Made by a program: the position numbers and the translations under genes
Assembly (NCBI GenBank): GCA_051362555.1
Contig: CM120643.1
Location: forward strand, 23,564,848-23,628,847
DNA: 64,000 nucleotides
Source of the DNA: Lingula anatina
Lineage: Eukaryota; Animalia; Brachiopoda
Direction of reading: 5' to 3'
Part shown: positions 25,201-37,509 of the stretch, in pieces
Numbering within the stretch: the stretch's first letter is position 1
How the letters are laid out: every line of letters starts with the position of its first letter
The notes under the pieces: generated by a model
Databases searched by the model: none
Told to the model about the DNA's origin: nothing
What the model saw: only the letters and a program-made list of their open reading frames with translations

Positions 25201-28200
25201 TACTGTCAGTGTCTAACAAATAAAATTTTTTACACTTTTTTTTCCAGAAAATGGTATGTCATGGAGAGCATACATATCTGTACAGTCAGGTGCTAATGCA
25301 TGTGCTAGCCCAGGAGAAAGGAGGGTCCAATATTAGGAGATTGTGTGAAGAAGTGCAGAAATCAGCCAAAGAAAGGTATAATTATAAAGATTTATTATGA
25401 AAATATGAAACTTTAGAAATTAGATACTTTAATGGAAGACACAACTCTGACAATCAAAGTTTTTCATCATCAACTGCAAAACATTAGAATTAATCATTGC
25501 GACACTGTTCTTGTTTATTATTTCCCTATCAGAGGATTAGACGTCACTCCAATGACCATGGCGCTGAGTGGAGCTGCAGCCTACCCGAGAGCTTGCCAGG
25601 CACTGGCGTCCATGTTGTCACGGAATGCCCTCAACCCAGCTGACATAACAGTAGTAAGTAGCTGACATTGATTGTATAACGGGCTGTGCTGTTAACACTG
25701 GATTTCGGTCAAGTGCTATTAAAACTAATGCCAAGTCAGTAAAATTTGATAAATGGACATCGTCTCTACTTAAGACTTCTTAGATCTTTGTGTCCTGAAC
25801 AGCCAGTAGGTAAAACAGTTTTTGGAACAAAGTTGTGTTATGTAACTTTGTTTAATTTTATTATTGAATGCTGTGACATTTAGTCTAGGCTATGTCTAGA
25901 ATAAAAGAAAATCTCTTAATTTAAATGATATTCAGTAGAAAAAAGATAAATTCTGCTATTTGTCTCATGTGTAATGATGATTTAAAAATTGTTTCTTAAA
26001 AGATACTAAATGTGTATACTACCTATAAGGCATCACATTTGTGAATGAAGCCCCTTGGAACGTCAAAAACTTCTGCATGTCTCAAAGGTAAAAAAAAACA
26101 TTTCTATTCCTTAGAAATAATTTGCTTTTCATCAATATTCATCTTGTCATTTCTTGACTCCTGGGGGCTTTTTTTTCTGCCAGTCGGCCTGGTAGAGTTG
26201 GTATATATGACAACACGTTCAAGGGGAACGTAGCTTAATATAAAATCAATTTTATAATCATTGCTATTCTTAATTTTCTTACAGTTATTCAAGATGTACA
26301 GTGGTCCCAACCCACCCCCAGTTGAACTGATCAGAGGACCACAGTTCCTAGGTAAAGTATAGCATGATAAAATGTCCCATGTGCAGTAGGCACAGTGTCA
26401 TATAGAAAATGTTCTATATACATAACATAATGGAAATATTAACTGTTTCTGAACACTTTAAAAATGCTTTGCCGAGTTTTGTGAATATATATTTTTTGTT
26501 TTCCCATAGTAAATGTGTCTCTTGAAACAGAGATTGACAATGACAACCTAATGTGGAAGTAAAATATTTCTTCCCATTTTAGAAATTGGTTTTTTAATAA
26601 AATTTAATGTGTCTTTGACAAGGGACTTTACCACTTTATCGCATGTAACTTGCCTTTGTGATTTTCAGAACTATTAACTGAAGGTTTATTCAAGCTGGGA
26701 TCAAAGATCAATCCAGATCACAAATCAAAATACATTTTTGTCCTGGCGTATGCTGCTTCAGTATTTGAGGTTTATAGAAAGGTGAGTTTCAGATTATTGC
26801 TGCTCCACTTTCAAATCTCGTTTTTAATAAGAGTCAGGACCATTAGCAACAAGTTTAATGTGATTCATGAATCAATTTTCTATTCTAGGGAGTCAGAAAA
26901 AATATTAACAAAGATGAGTTAAAGCCAACCACACAGGCCATAGAAAAAGCCAACCAAATGTGTACAGAGAACAAGAGCTCTTCAGACCTTATTGCTGATG
27001 TGGGGACTTTGTTTCAGTGTATCAAGTAAGTGATTTTATTTATAATTATTATTATTTTTTATTATACCTGGCATGATACCAAATTTAATATGATTTTAGA
27101 ATGTAGTTTTAAGTTTTTTTTTTTTCTTTCTTTTTTTGTTTTTTTTTTTTTGACTATTTTTCAATAATAGACAAAATAATAATTTTACTAGCATGGGCCA
27201 GTGCTGAGAGTCCAAGACTACAGTGACATGAATTTTCTCACTTCTTTTTTTCCCCAGGTTCCCAGTTGTGGCCATGGGCCTTCTGAAGTGGATTGACTAC
27301 ACAGTGACAGATCCCAGTTACTTTAAACTGAACACAGATCATACGCCATTGCACTTAGTTCTGCTGGACGAGGTAAGGATCATTAGTCGAAGATTAATTA
27401 TTTATTTATTCATTGTGTCAGTTTAAACTGTGAGTTTCTTCCTAAAAGTTGTTTGAATACCTGTTGAAATTCAGAATTAATCTTAAAATGCTTAAGTGAA
27501 AAAAGGGCGTTTAAAAAAAATTCAAAAATGGGTCTCCCAACTAATGGGTCCTCCATCAAGGACAGTTAACATTTTTTTTCATGATTTTATATTTTTGACT
27601 GAGATTCTAAGGTCAAGTATTTCTCTTGTTATTTTGATAGATGTATGCAATTTCAATTTCAATCATTGACACTATATTTTTTTTACTATGACAGATCAGC
27701 ACTTGCCATAATATTCTTCACCAGAAAGTTTTAGATCTTCTCATCAGGCTGTTTGAATCTCCACAGGAGGAACTAGATGTTTTAGAAAGGGTAGGTCTCT
27801 TTTTAAAAATCAACAGTAAATTTAATTAATCTGTGGTTAAAAGAAAACTAAATGCCTCATGCAAACTTAAGTCTATAGAATTGATAATATGACCATTTTT
27901 TTCTTTTATCTTAAAATTTCAGCTTGAGCTCCGAAAGACTTTACTGGACAGGATGGTCCACTTATTCAGTCGTGGCTGTGTGGTGCCTGTGACTGGATAT
28001 ATAAAACAGTGCTGGGAACGCCAAGACACAGATATGTCCTTGATCAGGCATTTTGTCACAGAGGTAAGGATTAGCGATGTCAGTGTAATGAGCTTTTATC
28101 GCAAACTGAGGATTATCTGTACTCTAGATTTTGTGCAATTTTTTACCTGCGTCAAAGTCTGTAGCTTGTAGATTTATCTTTTAACATTTTCTGTGCCACA

Positions 28201-29166
28201 GGTTCTATTATATTCATACTTAAAGCTTGTTATTTCATTGAGTAAGAATGTAAATATGTTCATGTCCATCATGTTGAGAAATTTTTAACTTTTCACTTCC
28301 TAAACAAACACTTTGAATAGATGGGTGCCTGGGAAAGCTTTCATCCTGATAGTGACCAATACTACACAAATTAACTTCCAGATTGACTTATTATTATTAT
28401 ATTACGTATACTGTTTTAGGTTTTAGATGTCATAGCACCACCATATACCCCAGAATTTGTCCAACAGTTTTTGCCTCTGATTGAGAATGAAGACATCACA
28501 GGCTCTCTCAGAAATGAGGATTCAAATGATCCTGTCTCAGAATTTATCTGTAAGTTTATTATTTCGAGGATAAGAATTGATAAAGATTAAGATTTGTCAT
28601 AATTCAACTTTAAATAAGGCATTTCTTGATCATTGGAAAATGGAAGCTTGGCACTTCAAGCATTTATAGATTGATTTTTGTAGATTTATTTATAGATTAA
28701 TTTTTGGGTTTGTAAGTGGACTGGATAAACTTAGACTTCAGGTTAATTTGTGGAGGAGAAAAAGATTTGTCAAGATGTGCTGGCTTGTTATAATATCTTA
28801 AGTTTTCAGAGTAGTTAAACCAAAATTTGCCTCGGCCAAACAGTGATGATATGCATTCTGTCATATCACCAGGCTGTTGGTTGTTTAGTCTAATATGTGT
28901 GGTATAGTTGTAGGAGAGAGCTTTCAGTAGCCTCTGCACCCAAGGGGCACAGTACAGAATATGTGTTATATATCTTCTATTTTCATTCTCTGAATTCTCA
29001 GGAGAGAGCTTTCAGTAGCCTCTGCACCCAAGGGACACAGTACAGAATATGTGTTATATATCTTCTATTTTCATTCTCTGTAATGTTTTATTATAATTCA
29101 TTAACAATTTTTTTTCTTTCTTTTCTTTCAGCACACTGTAAAACAAACTATATTATGGTGTCTTGA
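22234..29166 (+). CDS. NELFCD: Negative elongation factor C/D (TH1-like), 16 exons, about 572 aa
   Basis: Exons 22234-22278, 22994-23103, 23518-23627, 24038-24147, 24483-24590, 24895-25047, 25248-25375, 25533-25653, 26285-26351, 26669-26781, 26889-27025, 27258-27372, 27695-27790, 27923-28063, 28420-28549, 29132-29166. All GT-AG, 1719 nt. Motifs [86 protein letters not shown]. Confidence 0.96.
28912..29080. repeat. Direct duplication, 2 x 81 bp, in the last NELFCD intron
   Basis: 28912-28992 and 29000-29080 are nearly identical (AGGAGAGAGCTTTCAGTAGCC...TTCATTCTCTG). Confidence 0.9.
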
Positions 29167-29589
29167 TGGAGCTGGGCCATCACTGTGAGAGAGAAGATCA
29201 AATTAAAGTGACTGAGATGTCCTTTATCCACCCAATGGTCATGCAATTCAGCTGTCATTAAGAGACACATCAAAGGCTGAAATTGCAGTGAATCCTTTAC
29301 GGAGATGAAGAAGAATCTTTGGAAACTTCTGGCCATTGCTAAAGTGCATTGTGCATTCCTTGAAAATCCAGCCATAGTATGATTCATCAGGGAACACTTA
29401 AAAAAACACACTGGCAATATTTGAAAATAGATCAACTCGAGTACTAGATCTAAGTTACTGATAATGTACAAGTTGTTGAGATGAAAAGTACTTTACTCAA
29501 CAGTTTTGTGGAACAAAGCAAACAGCCCAAGGAAGGGCATACATTTTACATTATTTCAATACGACGCTGGATGCACTGTCATTGTCATT

Positions 29590-30365
29590 ATATATTTTTA
29601 TGTACAGACGCAGTTCGAAAATCAGCATGATCGGGCCATTTTTAAGGAAGTTATGCTGTTTTTTCACTTTTTTCAGCATTTTTGCAACACCGATAACACG
29701 ATAAGTGAAAAACCGTTTTACCATTTGGCTTGAAACTTGCAGAACTGATAAATATTCATAATACACAGGTCAAGTTCAAAAATCAGCATGATAGGGTCAT
29801 TTTTATGGAAGTTATGCTGTTTTTATGTACAGACACAGATGTCTGTACATATTGCCATCACCTGCTTCTGTCGTCGCCGTCTATGTCGCCGTCGCCATGC
29901 ACTTTCAGCGTAAGTGGAAGACAGTTTTACTTTTTGGCTGTATATTTACAGAGCTGATGAATATTTATAAAACGCAGCTCAAGTTCGAAAATCAGCATGA
30001 TTGGGCCATTATTGTAGAAGTTATGCTGTTTTTTCACTTTTCAGCATATATGCAACACTGTTAACACATTTCAAGGAAAACCGATAGGCCTGTTGTCATG
30101 AATCTCACAGGTGTTATCAATCTTACTAAAAGGCAGGTCAAGTTCGAAAACCAGCATGATCAGGCCATTATTGTAGAAGTTATGCTGTTTTTTCACTTTT
30201 CAGCATAAATGCAACACTGTTAACACATTTCAAGGAAAACCGATAGGCCTGTTGTCATGAAACTCACAGGAGTAATCAATCTTACTAAAACACAGGTCAA
30301 GATCGAAAATGAGCATAATCGGGCCATTATTTTAGAAGTTATGCTGTTTTTTCACTTTTCCTCAG
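29590..30365. repeat. Degenerate tandem array of about 159-bp units (5 copies), probably the internal array of a Helentron-derived element
   Basis: CAAGTTCGAAAATCAGCATGAT...GAAGTTATGCTGTTTTT recurs at about 29611, 29771, 29980, 30139 and 30298. A GTCGCC microsatellite-like segment sits at about 29870-29897. Confidence 0.75.
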
Positions 30366-30749
30366 CTTCAATTCTTAGGCATGCTAACAGTCTCATTATT
30401 GAACTAATAAGATATCTAAAAGTGTTTATTTGACATTTCCTGCATCTTTACAACATTGTTAGTTGATTTATAAAAATGATGGTAAACTTGTTATCATGTA
30501 TTGTGTAATAAATTTTCAAAAATGGAAATAAACTCATATCATTGCAGTTTGTCAGATTCAATCATTCACTATGTTCAGAATCTCAGAATGGAGGAAATTG
30601 GACATTTAACACTGTTCTATTGATATTTTTCCCATCTCATCAATTTTCTTAGTTGATCATATAAAAATGGCAGTAAACTGTTGACTTTGTTTTATGTTTA
30701 AAAATTGTTAAAAATAAAAAAAAAACATTTCAGAACAGTGCTGTCTTGT

Positions 30750-32030
30750 TTACATTTTGGCATTTCCAAGGGGTGACTTTGAAGTTCCATGGTCCTGAAG
30801 ACCTTTGCTAGTCACATTTTCTGAATATCCATGATACTAATATTTTATTAGTAAACATTGATGGTCACTATGCTGTTAAACATAATGTAATGTTGCATCA
30901 AAATTTGAAGAAACCCCTATTTTGGGCACTGCTCCCATGATGACCATTTAAGGAAAACCATGTCACTTACTGTTCTCAAACTTACAGGAAAGGAACATGG
31001 TACTTAAATAAAGCTTCAGTAGGCAATGCAGTCTGTTTGGTAAATTTTTCTGGCAGTTAAAGTTTTTTGGTGAAAATTTAATTTTTCACATATTGGCATT
31101 TTCGAGGTGTGACTTAAAACCTCCACGGGCTTGAAGACCCATGCTAGTCACATTTTCTGAAAATCCATGATACGTATATTTTATTATTAAAAACTGATGG
31201 TCATTATGCAGTTAAGCATGTAATATTGCATGTAATTAAGCATGTAATATTGCATCAAAATAGAAGAAAACACAATTTTGGGTGCTGCTGCCTTGATGAC
31301 CATTATGGGAAAACCATGTTACTTATGATTGTCAAACTTTCAAAAAAAGAAACACTAAAATGGACTAAAATGCAGCCCGAGTTGGAAAAGCAGTCTAATT
31401 GGCTTCTTTTTCTGGAAGTTATACATTTTAGTGAAATATTCATTTTTATCATGTTGGCATATTCATTATGGGTAATGGTAATCAAATTTTCTACATGTCC
31501 ATGCTATTTATAGTCAATAATCAAAAATTGGTGATAATTATCCTGTAATATATTATGTAATGTTACATCAAAATTGACAAAAATCTTTTTGCACTGCTAC
31601 TATAAACATTATGAAAAGAAAACTGTGTTACTTATTATTATTTTCAACTTACAATTATGATTTTTAGGATTGGCATGCAGTTCTCTCCGCACTCGACAAT
31701 AACTTTGTTGTTAGTATGGAGCTTGCGGAATCAGCCGAGGATTACCGATTGACGGTCAACCAATCAGCGTTTTCACCATTCGATTGGCTTATATAAACTA
31801 GGTCAAACTATTTTCGTCAGAGGTAACTTGACACGATGAAGATAGGCTATTGTGAAGAGGTTAGTGTCAAGTTATCTCTGAAGCTCAGGGTGCCATGGGC
31901 CTGAAGCCTTATGCTTGTTACACATTTTACTTACATTGGTATTACCTGTTGAGCATAATTAAAATTTGATGTTGAATTTGCAGTTAAGCATAATGTACTT
32001 TTGCATCAGAATTGACAGTAGCCTATTTTG
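30750..32030. repeat. Degenerate tandem repeat of about 336-bp units (2 good copies plus 2 decayed partials)
   Basis: TTGGCATTT...TGAAGACC..TGCTAGTCACATTTTCTGAA.ATCCATGATAC...TTGCATCAAAAT at 30757 and 31093, with weaker copies near 31454 and 31890. Confidence 0.7.
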
Positions 32031-32512
32031 TGCATTGTTATTTTCTGCTTTTTGTCTGTTCATTTGACAGCTATATTTTATTCATATGGTGAGAGGAATT
32101 TGTCTTACAATTTTCAACAAAATCGCTAGTATAGGGCAGAAATGGTTCTGAAATATGAGAGAGAGCCTCCTTAAGTGGGTTGACCATATTTGATCCGCGG
32201 GTCTGTTAGTCTGCGGACCAACTAGTTGTAAGTGCAGCCATACACTACTAATTAATTCATTTTCGAAATAAAAAAAAATCACTTCAAGTGTAAGCTCTAA
32301 ATAACAGGCCAACACCGTGTAATATCAATGTATCTTGTACAATTTCTCACAAAATTTGCATGAAATTTGAATCTTGGAATTATTTTATTTATTTTTTATT
32401 TATAACTGAGTAAAATGTTAATGTTCAGGTATCCTTATCCCTCTAAAAGCCATCACAAAAATCACTTCTCATTCCAAAACTGCCACGATTACTTAAAGAT
32501 ATGACACTTGAG

Positions 32513-34270
32513 TTATGCAACCTTCTTTGGTGGAAAGGATCCCCAAAGGTACCTCCCTGAGGACTGCTTTGCATCTGCAAAATAACCCAAACCGTTTTTT
32601 ACGTATTCCTTCTCATCCAAGTAGCCATCGTCATCGATGTCAAAGATGTTGAAGGATTTTGGAGCCGTCTCTGGGTCCACGCCGAAGCTTTGCAGAAAAG
32701 CAGTGTAGTCTGACAAGTCAATCAGTTGGTTGCCGTGAGAGAGAACCAGTTTAAACACTTCTTGAAACCAGGCCTCACCGTGTTCTGGAAAGTGAGGCAC
32801 AGTGAGGTATCTGGACTGCATTTTTATCACATCCTCCACAGTAAGATTGTCATTCTTTTCTCGGGTGACGAAAAAAAAGTCCCAAGTTGAATGCCATATG
32901 GCTTTAAAAACGGACGCTTCGTTTCTACTAAAGTATTGATCCATTCTGTTGGGAATTGTATCCAGAAATTCATGTTGCGTTAGCACGCCGTCCAGGTCGT
33001 CATCTAGTAAGTTGAAAAAGGAGCGCATCTTGCGGGTCCAAAATTTAGGCAAGTTGTCGATATCAGTCTGTATTGAAGAAAAAAAAGTATTTTAAAATGG
33101 CCTAATATAGCATTGATTGCCCTACAGCGAACACAAAAACGTTTTGGAAAAGTTAACGTGTACGGTTTATCTTCTTTAACATCACAGTGGCGGATTTAAA
33201 GGGGTTATGAGGGTCCTGAACCCCACCCCCTTTGATTTCTGGTCCCCGCTTGAAATTAGAATTTTGACTAGCTGAACCATAGTTCTAAACTGTACCAAAT
33301 GGGACCGTTCACCCTTTAAAATACCCCCCTTTAAATAATCCTGGATCCGCCCCTGCATTATAAACACGTTGATAATGTTATAAAAAATGTTTGAGATAAA
33401 ATGACAAATAGAACCATTTATATGACGTTAACATAATGTTATGGCTAAACCTGGTGAAGAAAATGCTATGATATACTCCATTAAGTGACATTAATCATAT
33501 GTTTATCTTAAAAATAAGATATACTGTTAATATGATCTTTACACATACAGTTTATTGGTATTCATATAGAAATATAAAGTTTTATAACGTCTGCATGATG
33601 TGTTAGAAAAATATTGTGTGAAACTTAATAATAATTATTTCAATTTAGATTTTTTTCAATTTAACTTTTTTTATTGTTTTCAAAACGTTACGTGTTAGCT
33701 GGGATTACCGATCTAATTCTTCAGTTAGGAAAATGATAGTAAAAGATATACTTTCAAAATGTCCCAAGGTCATATCTTTCTGTTAACATATCTTGAAATG
33801 TTACTTCTCTTTTCAAATTAAGACTCTGTAAACCCTCAAATAAAGATAACTGATGCCAATATGTCTAGCATACATGGTGATCTATACGACCAATTAAAAA
33901 ATAATCATCTTATTATATAAGAAAACAACGCATTCAAGTGCAATGGCGGTTTGAGCAGTGGTTCGCGAGTAAGAGAAACTGCTTTTTAATGAAAATTCGA
34001 TGTAGCGGGAAAATCCCGAATAGTTTCCTTTACTAAGTGCAAAACAGTGTTGACAGAAAACACCAGAAAGATTCATCACCACATTTTTCACCACAAAGAC
34101 ATAAACTGTGTATTTAAATATACGACCTAAACTAGTTTTATCTTGAATATTACCTCATTGACAGGATAGTCTCTGTGTTGACTGCCATCTCCTTTGCCTG
34201 CGCTGAAGGTAAAGGACTGGACGGCGCCAGCAGAGATTACTACCATGTAAACCACGCACAAAGACAACAT
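32513..34270 (-). CDS. Secreted EF-hand protein of the sarcoplasmic Ca-binding protein / calexcitin / aequorin-like family, 2 exons, about 223 aa
   Basis: Exon 1, 34270-34154, encodes MLSLCVVYMVVISAGAVQSFTFSAGKGDGSQHRDYPVNE and ends at a GTAATA donor. Exon 2, 33067-32513, follows a CAG acceptor in phase 0. Family motifs FWTRKMRSFFNLLDDDLDGVLTQHEF, FNIFDIDDDGYLDEKEY and C-terminal YLWG. Confidence 0.85.
33185..33355. mobile_element. Short hAT-like MITE in the EF-hand gene intron
   Basis: TIR CAGTGGCGGAT / ATCCGCCCCTG. Flanks CATCA and CATTA may be a 5-bp TSD with one mismatch. Confidence 0.75.
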
Positions 34271-34354
34271 CTCGCTTCACTTTCGGTGGGAATTGATGGA
34301 CCTTTGAAAACACGTGCTACAGACGCTATGATCGCTTGCTATGTACACATAGCT

Positions 34355-34411
34355 CTATATATACTGTATACATTGTGTGGTAGTCCTTATTCTTTATTTG
34401 CGTGTTTATAA
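34355..34411 (-). promoter_or_regulatory. TATA-like boxes upstream of the EF-hand gene
   Basis: Minus-strand TATATAG (about 34355-34361) and TATAAA (34405-34410), 85-140 bp upstream of the ATG. Confidence 0.4.
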
Positions 34412-35593
34412 CAGAGAGGCAATGGGAAAATGATATTCAGTTTGCATTATTTTAGTTTTTTGGTGTTATTCCAAGATCTACCAAGAATATGCGGGGTTTA
34501 AAGCTATGTTATTAGTTAACTACTGGGCGTCGACGTGACAACGCAAACAAACACCGATATTGTTACGCAGTTGATTTCCTGTAGTTAAAATACCATGTTA
34601 AAGTTACTTTGCATTATGTTAGTTCCGAAAACCGACAGGTTTTCTAAGAATTGCAGTAGTCATGCTGGTTATTTCCTGTGTTTTAAAGCCATGCTATTAT
34701 ACTGGTAGGTAAGACATATTCACTGGGCTTGAACGTAGCAATGTAAAAATTACCCAGGCTATACCGTGGGTGATTTTCTATGATTATAGAAACCTGACAA
34801 AAGTAATGGCGTATTTTTACGAGTAGAAGTTTCCCCTCTATTTAGATAATCTTCCTCTTTTCCAGTAGAAATTACCCCCCCCCCCCCCACACACACACAC
34901 ACACACACAGATTTAGACAAAAGCGATTTGATTATAGTCACTTTGGCAGTGAAGTCACTCGAGACAGCTGGTACAATCCGTGGAGAGCCGATAGCTTCCC
35001 ACTTCCTACGATATGGCTGTATGTACCAAATGAACAACTTTATCAAATACCACAAAACTCATACATACTTCTTTTGCTTCGATCATTTAGGCGTCTCAAT
35101 AAAAAAAGGACAACTAACCAATGCTAAATACAGTATTTATTGTTCTATATTCATACAGCGTGTATTCAGAGGTTTATCAGCAAGAACAGGAGTATTGTGT
35201 TGTGCATTCGTAGTTCTCAGAGAAATCATATTGCAAAGTATTCCCGGTCAATGTCAAGGCCATCCAGAGAGAGCAAGCAAAACCGTGAACTGACAAAAAT
35301 TGATTGTAAGACCATTTCCAGTTGTGCCAGCGACCAGAAGAGAAGTTTCTGCTTATAGATAAACTCGTTTAACATATGATTTTACATGGACTTCACCGAA
35401 TATATAACCTATAATGTTAAATAAAATACAGATGCAAGGTGCAGCCCGGCAATCAGTTCTCACACATTAGCGGTCCCAGGGTGATGTAGACTTTCTCGCT
35501 AGCGTCACCTGTGTCACCAATTCTGAACCCGGTGATAGGAAGGACAACCTTGTCTGTCACCGGGCCGCTGTCTTCTCTCCAGACTGCGTCATT

Positions 35594-36562
35594 CAGGGGC
35601 GTAACCAGACCTCTAAAAATTGTACGCACAGATTTTTAAAATACCCAGCATGTACAGCAAAATGTAGACTAACGCAACAGATGAAGGACAGCTTAATCAC
35701 AGCATATGTACCACACATCGTAGCTTAATTTCCATAAAAAATAAAATCATCATTTAAGTCAAAAATATTCTCGCGATTTAATAAAGTTTCAATATTTTCA
35801 TTTACCCAGAACGGTATATTCATTTAAAAGGAGGCTAACTTCGCATCAGCGGACCTCCCTCCCCTCTTCGAATAATGCTGGATCCTCCTCTGAGTTGAAT
35901 TTATATACGGTTTCATCCAGCTTTCATGCGGGTGCATGGCTCCCAAAAACAACCAATTATATGACACAATAGAGCTTTGATAAATCTAAGTTTAATTATT
36001 TGTTTGTGAAAATTGCCCATGTCACCCTGTTAGTTTGGAGGGCTAAGCTGGATCAAGTCCGTGTGAAATTCTTTGAAGCTTTGCAGGAAAAATTCTTCCT
36101 TTGTTTCTCTAGCTCCTAATTAAACCTTGTGTCCAGATTTTAACTAGTGCCCCCAGGTCTACGGGAGCTGCTCTTTGAAAATAACACACAGGTAGATTTT
36201 ACCTGAGATAAATATCACCAGCGAGAGTGCGTTCGTTACTCTCATGACTACAGGAGAGTTGAAGGCCACTTAACCCTCCAATTAAGAGGTAAAGGATGTT
36301 CCAGTTAGATGGACGATTAAGATAGGACTTGTAAAGGTAACAGGCATTGTTTACCTCAGTTGAATAAAAGTATGCAAGACGGGGGGTCAGAACAATTGTG
36401 CATATAGCCTACAGAGGATTTGTACATACCGGTGACTTTAATTCGCAGTGGATTTTCGATATATATTCCGTGAAAAATACACTAAATTTATATAAAATAA
36501 TATCATGGTTGGCCAAAATTGTACGCACAGTGCATCCGTGTGTATGCCTAGTTACGCCCATG
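35594..36562. mobile_element. Non-autonomous TIR transposon, 969 bp (hAT-like termini), inside a coding exon
   Basis: TIR CAGGGGCGTAAC / GTTACGCCCATG. TSD TCATT at 35589-35593 and 36563-36567. Subterminal direct repeat AAAATTGTACGCACAG at 35616 and 36515. Confidence 0.9.
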
Positions 36563-36743
36563 TCATTCATGTCGCAGTTACACTTCTTCCCTGAAAACAA
36601 CAAACCGAAATTTGTTAAATTAACAACAGCTCAGTACCATACACGAAAATATCTAAAATGGAGATAAACTTGAATCATACTGCTGCCATACAGCCTTGGT
36701 TTCAGCATTGTCTTAAGAAAAAAAATATCGCATTTATTATCAA

Positions 36744-36781
<38 letters not shown>

Positions 36782-37460
36782 TAGTGAATAGATTCCGCAA
36801 CTAAATACACCCCTAAAAAAATTTAAATTTCAACGGTACCTCCTGCGCAGCTTTTGGTCTGGTAACATGCACATCCACCCAACAGGGCATTCCCTCCGGG
36901 CCAGTATGACGTCACTTTCTGTCCGTTAGCTATCCAATAAGATAACGTTCCACTGCCGTTCACTGAAGGTCTGATGACAGAACCGTAACATTGGTACTTC
37001 AGCTGTTGGTGACAGGGTCCAGATCTAGCCATCAATGCTCGGATGCGCTGACTGCTACTGGCGTATGACACGTCATCTTGACAACATAAATATGACATTA
37101 AGCAATGGCATACAGACTTTCAAAACATGGCTACATCATTATTATTCAATATAAAGAAAGGAGCCTTGAACTTTGCAAAGTATTGTACATGGTTTGAACG
37201 TTGGAAACATACACATCTTTCTTTATACTTAATAAGTATCCAAAAGACTTACGACTGTATGCTCCGTTGCCTTCAAACCCGGTAACCAAGGTTTTATTTT
37301 CCTTGTTATGATGGATGACGGCGATAGGTGGCACCAGAGCCATGTCACACCAGACCAAGAAATCCGAGACACCACGGAGACCGTCAGGGTCGATCAGATA
37401 GTTTCCACTTGTCACGAACCCGTCCCGGAACCAATCAGAACATGAACGACGTGCTAGGTT

Positions 37461-37464
<4 letters not shown>

Positions 37465-37505
<41 letters not shown>
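37465..37505. repeat. (AT)n microsatellite just upstream of a splice acceptor
   Basis: Read directly from the sequence. Confidence 0.9.

Positions 37506-37509
<4 letters not shown>

Noticed and set aside
29590-30365. Repeat-spacer look of the 159-bp units
   Set aside because: The intervening segments are homologous to each other, so this is a degenerate tandem repeat.
35594-36562. Introner-like in-frame splicing of the exonic transposon
   Set aside because: With the TIR donor, the nearest acceptors leave 17 or 19 nt (frameshift) or 75 nt containing TAA. Other cryptic sites are not excluded.
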